From the IMG/VR virus record IMGVR_UViG_3300037067_011041, positions 53,328-117,327 of that record: a DNA stretch of 64,000 bases. The stretch is one strand, 5' to 3'. A program made the translations under genes and the position numbers. Positions 59,436-64,000 of this stretch are shown one piece after another (the first letter of the stretch is position 1; each line of letters opens with the position of its first letter). The notes beneath the pieces were generated by a model, which had not been told where the DNA came from, did not search any database, and saw nothing but the letters and a program-made list of their open reading frames with translations. The DNA comes from a virus. Its lineage: Duplodnaviria; Caudoviricetes.

Positions 59436-59888
59436 ATGTCGACTTTGCTTGAAGCGCTGCAAACCCTGCTTGACAATGGCCTTTCCAAGGAGGCCGTCAA
59501 AACGGTTGTTGACGATTTGTTGGAGGGGGACAGCCTTGAGGATTCTGACGACGTCAAGGCGCTTGTGCTCTATTCCGTCTGTGAGGATTGGGAGGGCGGC
59601 GGCGACTTGGATATCGACGTGTCCACTTATGACGACTGTATTCTGTCTGTCGGCAAAAGGGACTATCTCGTCCTTGACGAAGATGAGCGTGAATCTCGTT
59701 GGGACGATGCGCTCGAATCTTACCTTGATGAGTGTGTTGAGGGTGCTAGCGGTCCTTACTTTGATAGGGAAGCGTGGAAGCGTGACGCCCGTATGGATGG
59801 TGCCGGTCACACCCTCAATGCCTACGATGGCAATGAGCACGAATTTTCCGTAGGGAAACAGTGGTACTACGTGTATCGACAAAACTGA
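59436..59888 (+). CDS. acidic early protein (candidate DNA mimic/anti-restriction)
   Basis: D/E-rich; YFD...W.RD...DG.GH.L..YDG.E. Confidence 0.7.
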   Translation: MSTLLEALQTLLDNGLSKEAVKTVVDDLLEGDSLEDSDDVKALVLYSVCEDWEGGGDLDIDVSTYDDCILSVGKRDYLVLDEDERESRWDDALESYLDECVEGASGPYFDREAWKRDARMDGAGHTLNAYDGNEHEFSVGKQWYYVYRQN

Positions 59889-59900
59889 TCGTACCCGCTA

Positions 59901-59930
59901 GGACGGTCGCGCCGGTTGGCGCGGCCGTCC
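59901..59930 (+). terminator. hairpin/terminator
   Basis: GGACGGTCGCGCC/GGCGCGGCCGTCC followed by GCTTCTTT. Confidence 0.55.
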
Positions 59931-59958
59931 GCTTCTTTCCTCTTACTCGGAGAATTCA

Positions 59959-60318
59959 GTGCGTACGGTTTTTACGATCATTGTCGAGCATGACAATCCT
60001 CTCTATCTTAACGATTATGAGAGTCCTGTTGACGCAATCGTCGACCTATACCAAGATAGGACGGTAGGTAGCTTTGTATCGGCTGTAGCGAATACCGACG
60101 ATGGTATCGATCCTTACGACGGTGACCCCTGCAACGAAGTTGCCGATCTTGCGACTGCTTTCGATATTACCAAAGTATACGAATGCAAGGGCCTGAAGGA
60201 AGATTTCGTCTGTGCGGAAATTGACTTCAATGGCGGCGGCATCGTTTCTGCGGAAGGGCCGATTAGTTGGGTGCTTCCGATTCTGCGGGCTGCACATGGA
60301 GGTGCCGATATTGGTTGA
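59959..60318 (+). CDS. acidic hypothetical protein
   Basis: GGAG RBS, GTG start. Confidence 0.6.
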   Translation: MRTVFTIIVEHDNPLYLNDYESPVDAIVDLYQDRTVGSFVSAVANTDDGIDPYDGDPCNEVADLATAFDITKVYECKGLKEDFVCAEIDFNGGGIVSAEGPISWVLPILRAAHGGADIG

Positions 60319-60465
60319 ATTTCTGTCTCTTCTCGCAGCGCTGCTTGTGCTGAAAGTGCTGGCATGTACGGATAACGAAATAAAGTGGGTGACAGTGATT
60401 GCGGCGGCCGGGGCGGTTGTGTTGTTTGTTCGGATTGGGTGGCTGCTGATTTTCCAGAATTCCAT

Positions 60466-60530
60466 TTGACTTTCGCGCCGGCGCGGGTATACTTCAATAT
60501 CGACCGAACAACACCCCACCAAACAAGGAG
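60466..60530 (+). promoter_or_regulatory. early promoter/leader repeat
   Basis: TTGACT-ttCGCGCCGGCGCGgg-TATACT plus the conserved leader. Confidence 0.9.
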
Positions 60531-60538
60531 TTACGATC

Positions 60539-61237
60539 ATGGCGATTGTTACCGCATCGTTCGAGTATAACGGCCTGCCCGATTATTGGGGAGGTAACGG
60601 CCGCCGGTGGGATGATAACGCTGGTTGCATCTTTGCCTATTATGGCGCTCACACTACTCTTCGCGAAATTATCGACGGTGCCGTCGACGACTTCAATGCC
60701 GGTGGTGACTGTGATTCCTTTCCGGAGGATGTTGACGGCGAGATGGTTCGTGAGGCTTTGCTCGATTGTCTCACAAGTCAGGGGCGGGCCGATTATGAGA
60801 ATGGGGCGATTTCTGAGTTTGCGGTTGATTATGCCGCCGTGAACGAATTTGACACTTGCCGCGAATGTGGCGCCAGACGCGGTGATGAGCATGAGCCGGA
60901 TTGTGAGTTCATTGTCGACGATCCGGATCGCGACAACGTTGTCGAAGATGAGGATTGTGAGCCCGATTACGAGTATCACGATTCTCCGTTTGTTGTCTTC
61001 CTGATCGAATGCTCCGTCTGCTCCGTCTGCGGCAAGGCTGCCGAGTATGAGGTGGACGATATCTGTGCCGAGTGTGCCGAAGAAGAGGAAAAATGGCATG
61101 TTGGCGACGATGTGTTCATTGACAACGGTGACTATTCTCCGGTCTGGGGCAAGATTGTCGAGCTTGACGATACTTCCGCCGTCATCGATTTCAACGGTGA
61201 GAAGATTCGCAAGGAGTTTGGCGAATTTACCAATTAA
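60539..61237 (+). CDS. acidic early protein with Zn-finger motifs
   Basis: D/E-rich, CRECG, CSVC...CAEC. Confidence 0.7.
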   Translation: MAIVTASFEYNGLPDYWGGNGRRWDDNAGCIFAYYGAHTTLREIIDGAVDDFNAGGDCDSFPEDVDGEMVREALLDCLTSQGRADYENGAISEFAVDYAAVNEFDTCRECGARRGDEHEPDCEFIVDDPDRDNVVEDEDCEPDYEYHDSPFVVFLIECSVCSVCGKAAEYEVDDICAECAEEEEKWHVGDDVFIDNGDYSPVWGKIVELDDTSAVIDFNGEKIRKEFGEFTN

Positions 61238-61267
61238 CCTGTCTGTGCCTCCTGTTACGTGTGAGGA

Positions 61268-61319
61268 CAGCGGGCCGGAGGCCAGCGGGCCGGAGGCCAG
61301 CGGGCCGGAGGCCAGCGGG
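61268..61319 (+). repeat. tandem 15-bp repeat CAGCGGGCCGGAGGC, about 3.5 copies
   Basis: direct reading. Confidence 0.9.
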
Positions 61320-61341
61320 GAAAATATTTCCGGAATTCCAT

Positions 61342-61406
61342 TTGACTTTCGCGCCGGCGCGGGTATACTTCAATATCGACCGAACAACGCCCCACCAAAC
61401 AAGGAG
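61342..61406 (+). promoter_or_regulatory. early promoter/leader repeat
   Basis: near-identical to the 60466 copy. Confidence 0.9.
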
Positions 61407-61414
61407 TTCTGGTT

Positions 61415-62062
61415 ATGCCGACTACTACTGCCAAACGGGTCGTGACGTCTGACACCATCGTAACAGTTGAAACGACTGTGACCGAAGAGTCCAGATTTGT
61501 CGAGTATTCCGATTTGCTCGATGCTGTCAAGATTGAGGCTGACAATTGGGGCGACGCCCCTTGGGACAATTGCAGCGGTTTTGAGCATACTGCCAGCAGA
61601 CTCGGCTATTACGACTATGCCGAACAAGCGAATGGCGCCAACAATATCGCTCGCACCGGTCGTGACACCTACGTACTTGAGTTCGATTGTTCCGTCGAAA
61701 AGGAATTTGACGACTTGTACCGGTGGTATCGATTGTATGGCGCAAGCAAGGGTGTAGCGGCTGAACTGGTTGCGCATGATCGTAAGGCCAGAATGGAATT
61801 GCTGGTTGGATGGTACGAGAACGGATGGGAGTATTGGTACGTTTGTGCCGAGTACAACGGCTATGAGGCCGATGGGTGCGGCGGTATCGATGATTACGAA
61901 TACGCCGACACTGAGTATCGTACCGAATTGGCCAATGATTTGGCCGCGCAGCTTGAGGCTGACGGATTCATCGTGACCGGCAAACCCGATCCAACCGATG
62001 CATACCGGGAAGGGCGCAGGTCCAATTTCACCCGCAAAATTCACATGTTCGACTGGCGCTGA
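61415..62062 (+). CDS. acidic, aromatic-rich early protein
   Basis: AAGGAG RBS; D/E/Y/W-rich. Confidence 0.7.
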   Translation: MPTTTAKRVVTSDTIVTVETTVTEESRFVEYSDLLDAVKIEADNWGDAPWDNCSGFEHTASRLGYYDYAEQANGANNIARTGRDTYVLEFDCSVEKEFDDLYRWYRLYGASKGVAAELVAHDRKARMELLVGWYENGWEYWYVCAEYNGYEADGCGGIDDYEYADTEYRTELANDLAAQLEADGFIVTGKPDPTDAYREGRRSNFTRKIHMFDWR

Positions 62063-62111
62063 TTGCCAGCGGGTGGGCCGGATGCCAGCGGGAAATATTT
62101 CGGAATTCCAT

Positions 62112-62176
62112 TTGACTTTCCCGCTGGCGCGGGTATACTTCAATATCGACCGAACAACACCCCACCAAACAAGGAG
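62112..62176 (+). promoter_or_regulatory. early promoter/leader repeat
   Basis: TTGACT-N16-TATACT plus the conserved leader. Confidence 0.9.
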
Positions 62177-62184
62177 TTCCGGTT

Positions 62185-62991
62185 ATGTCGGAAAAGCAAG
62201 CTACCATCTTCGGAACAGTCGAACCGGTTGTAGCACACGTTGACGACATTGTCGAATGTTCCGATGGTTCCAGTTGTCGGCGTGGCGACGCCCTTGCCGA
62301 TTGTCGCGGTAATTACCATCGCACCGCCGAAGAGCGGCACGACGCGGACGTAGCGATTGTGACGGAGATTCTGGATGGCCGGGCAAAGTGGGCAGAAGAG
62401 TATTGCACCGAAGATGAGACATACGCCAGCGCTTACGACTGTATCGTTAGCGAGAATTCGCACCGTTGGGACGATGAAGTCAAGGAGTGGGTCCGCGACA
62501 ATTGGGACGAATTGACCGGCGACGCGCATCTTGACGAATGCATCGAAGGGGAGATTACTGCAATCATTTGTGATAATCTCGACGTGTCCGATTGTGAAGT
62601 CAAGCCCAATCATTCCGATTACTCCGGCTACAGCGGTCCGGGCTGTTGTCTGGATGGATTCAAGATTGAGGAATATGAGGATCAAGTCGACGTGAACGGT
62701 TGTGACGAACTTAGCGTTCTTCACGAAGAGGGCCGACTTGACGATATTCTGGATGACGTCAATTGTGACGCCTACGTATGTCGTTCACAACGTCGCGAAA
62801 AGAACGAAAAGACCGGCTATTACGAGAATGTCGGCCGTAATACTTACATGCCTTATGAGCATAGTAGGAACAATCCCTACTTTTACATCCATATCGGAAT
62901 TTCCGGTGGATGGGACTATGTCGTTCCGCAAGAGCGTATGGAAGAGTTGTTCTGTGAGGCGCTTGTTGACTGGGCCGGTTACAACGATTAA
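62185..62991 (+). CDS. acidic early protein
   Basis: AAGGAG RBS; D/E-rich, 268 aa. Confidence 0.7.
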   Translation: MSEKQATIFGTVEPVVAHVDDIVECSDGSSCRRGDALADCRGNYHRTAEERHDADVAIVTEILDGRAKWAEEYCTEDETYASAYDCIVSENSHRWDDEVKEWVRDNWDELTGDAHLDECIEGEITAIICDNLDVSDCEVKPNHSDYSGYSGPGCCLDGFKIEEYEDQVDVNGCDELSVLHEEGRLDDILDDVNCDAYVCRSQRREKNEKTGYYENVGRNTYMPYEHSRNNPYFYIHIGISGGWDYVVPQERMEELFCEALVDWAGYND

Positions 62992-63007
62992 CTCCGTGGT
63001 GGGAGTC

Positions 63008-63044
63008 TAGCGGGGATGGCGATTGACGCATCCCCGCTATTTTT
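63008..63044 (+). terminator. rho-independent terminator
   Basis: TAGCGGGGATG/CATCCCCGCTA plus T tract. Confidence 0.85.
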
Positions 63045-63046
63045 AT

Positions 63047-63074
63047 TTGACTTTCCCGATTCGTGGTGTATACT
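63047..63074 (+). promoter_or_regulatory. early promoter
   Basis: TTGACT-N16-TATACT, spacer identical to the 59365 copy. Confidence 0.85.
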
Positions 63075-63114
63075 TCAATATCAAGGAAACATTTCACCCC
63101 CGGAGCAAACCACA

Positions 63115-63276
63115 ATGTCGCGCAAGGATTTTCAACTCATCGCCGATGCGATTGCCACAATTCAAGACGAAACCGCGCGAAAGCTTGCAGCGACGGCGCT
63201 TGCCGATGCGCTTCCTGCCAGTAACACAAATTTCAAGCGTAGCCGATTCCTGAAAGCTTGCAACGTTGACGACTGA
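63115..63276 (+). CDS. small conserved early phage protein
   Basis: MSRKDFQLIA...N.NF...RFLKAC. Confidence 0.65.
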   Translation: MSRKDFQLIADAIATIQDETARKLAATALADALPASNTNFKRSRFLKACNVDD

Positions 63277-63309
63277 ACCGACGGCCCGATTTAACAAGGG
63301 ATTCCGATT

Positions 63310-63789
63310 ATGTCGATTGAAGTGAACGGTGTGGAACTGTCGGATGTGACGGTTAGGTATCTTGAGACGATCCTATGGGCTGAAACGGTAAGTCTGTCGG
63401 AAGCAGAGGATATGCTTTCCGACGGTTTTATGGATGTTGCCGAAGATCATCCCCTTTACAATGTTCAGGAATGTTCGCCCCTTGACGATCATTTCGGCCT
63501 TGGCGATTTTTCCGTTGAATCGCTCAAGCGGGCCGAGAACGATTGCAACGAATTTTTCTATCGGTTGGATAGAATAGGGCTGCTCGAACGTGCCAATTGT
63601 TTCGCCGATGACGAACATATCGCTTATGACTTCTGGTTGACTCGCCAGGGCCATGGCGCTGGTTTCTGGGATGGCGATTATGCCGACGAAACCGAAGATA
63701 TCGGGGATGCGCTTACTGGCGTCGCCAGGGAATTTGGCGAATGTTGGGTCATTGTCGATGATGCCGGTTGTCTGCATATTGAGGGTTGA
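63310..63789 (+). CDS. acidic early protein
   Basis: DFWLTRQGHGAGFWD motif. Confidence 0.7.
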   Translation: MSIEVNGVELSDVTVRYLETILWAETVSLSEAEDMLSDGFMDVAEDHPLYNVQECSPLDDHFGLGDFSVESLKRAENDCNEFFYRLDRIGLLERANCFADDEHIAYDFWLTRQGHGAGFWDGDYADETEDIGDALTGVAREFGECWVIVDDAGCLHIEG

Positions 63790-63822
63790 ATCAATCCGTC
63801 AATGCTCCACGTTACGCTAGGC

Positions 63823-64000
63823 CAGCGGGCCAGCGGGCCGGAGGCCAGCGGGTGACGTCGTCAGCGGGCCGGAGGCCAGCGGGTGACGTCGTCAGCGGGT
63901 GACGTCGTCAGCGGGCCGGAGGCCAGCGGGTGACGTCGTCAGCGGGCCGGAGGCCAGCGGGTGACGTCGTCAGCGGGCCGGAGGCCAGCGGGTGACGTCG
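63823..64000 (+). repeat. tandem repeat of about 31 bp (CAGCGGGCCGGAGGC + CAGCGGGTGACGTCGT), runs off the window end
   Basis: direct reading; no unique spacers. Confidence 0.9.

Noticed and set aside
63823-64000. CRISPR array
   Set aside because: Pure tandem repeats with no unique spacers and no cas operon
1-64000. stop-codon reassignment
   Set aside because: Conserved genes are intact in code 11 and TAA, TAG and TGA all end genes; no clear suppressor tRNA

Overview
This window is part of a large, probably lytic dsDNA phage genome. It is densely packed with short ORFs, and I see no integrase, capsid/tail operon or host housekeeping genes. A Planctomycetota host is my inference from the secreted proteases and the HEAT-repeat protein. 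There are three transcription blocks. (1) 1-32187 (+): replication and nucleotide metabolism, including PolA, ATP-dependent ligase, DEDDh and PD-(D/E)XK nucleases, NUDIX, HAD, dCMP deaminase, MazG, a sigma-like factor, a DNA methylase, SPFH and peptidases. (2) 32189-56860 (-): accessory genes, including two radical SAM enzymes, a GHKL ATPase, a Dam-like methylase and a phosphoesterase. (3) 57190-64000 (+): an array of early cassettes, each with a repeated promoter/leader driving mostly very acidic proteins, ending in a tandem repeat. I count 25 near-consensus sigma70-type promoters, all with a 16-nt spacer. The most unusual signals suggest a molecular mimicry/decoy toolkit. A 160-aa protein (43263-43745) appears stitched together from DNA polymerase A motifs B and A plus SF2-helicase motifs VI and V. 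Two small proteins resemble a minimal capsid P-domain. A 98-nt mini-tmRNA (34853-34950) consists essentially of the tRNA-like domain only. There are also D-armless tRNA-like RNAs, several novel structured ncRNAs and acidic DNA-mimic candidates. All protein calls come from motif recognition by eye; no searches were run.
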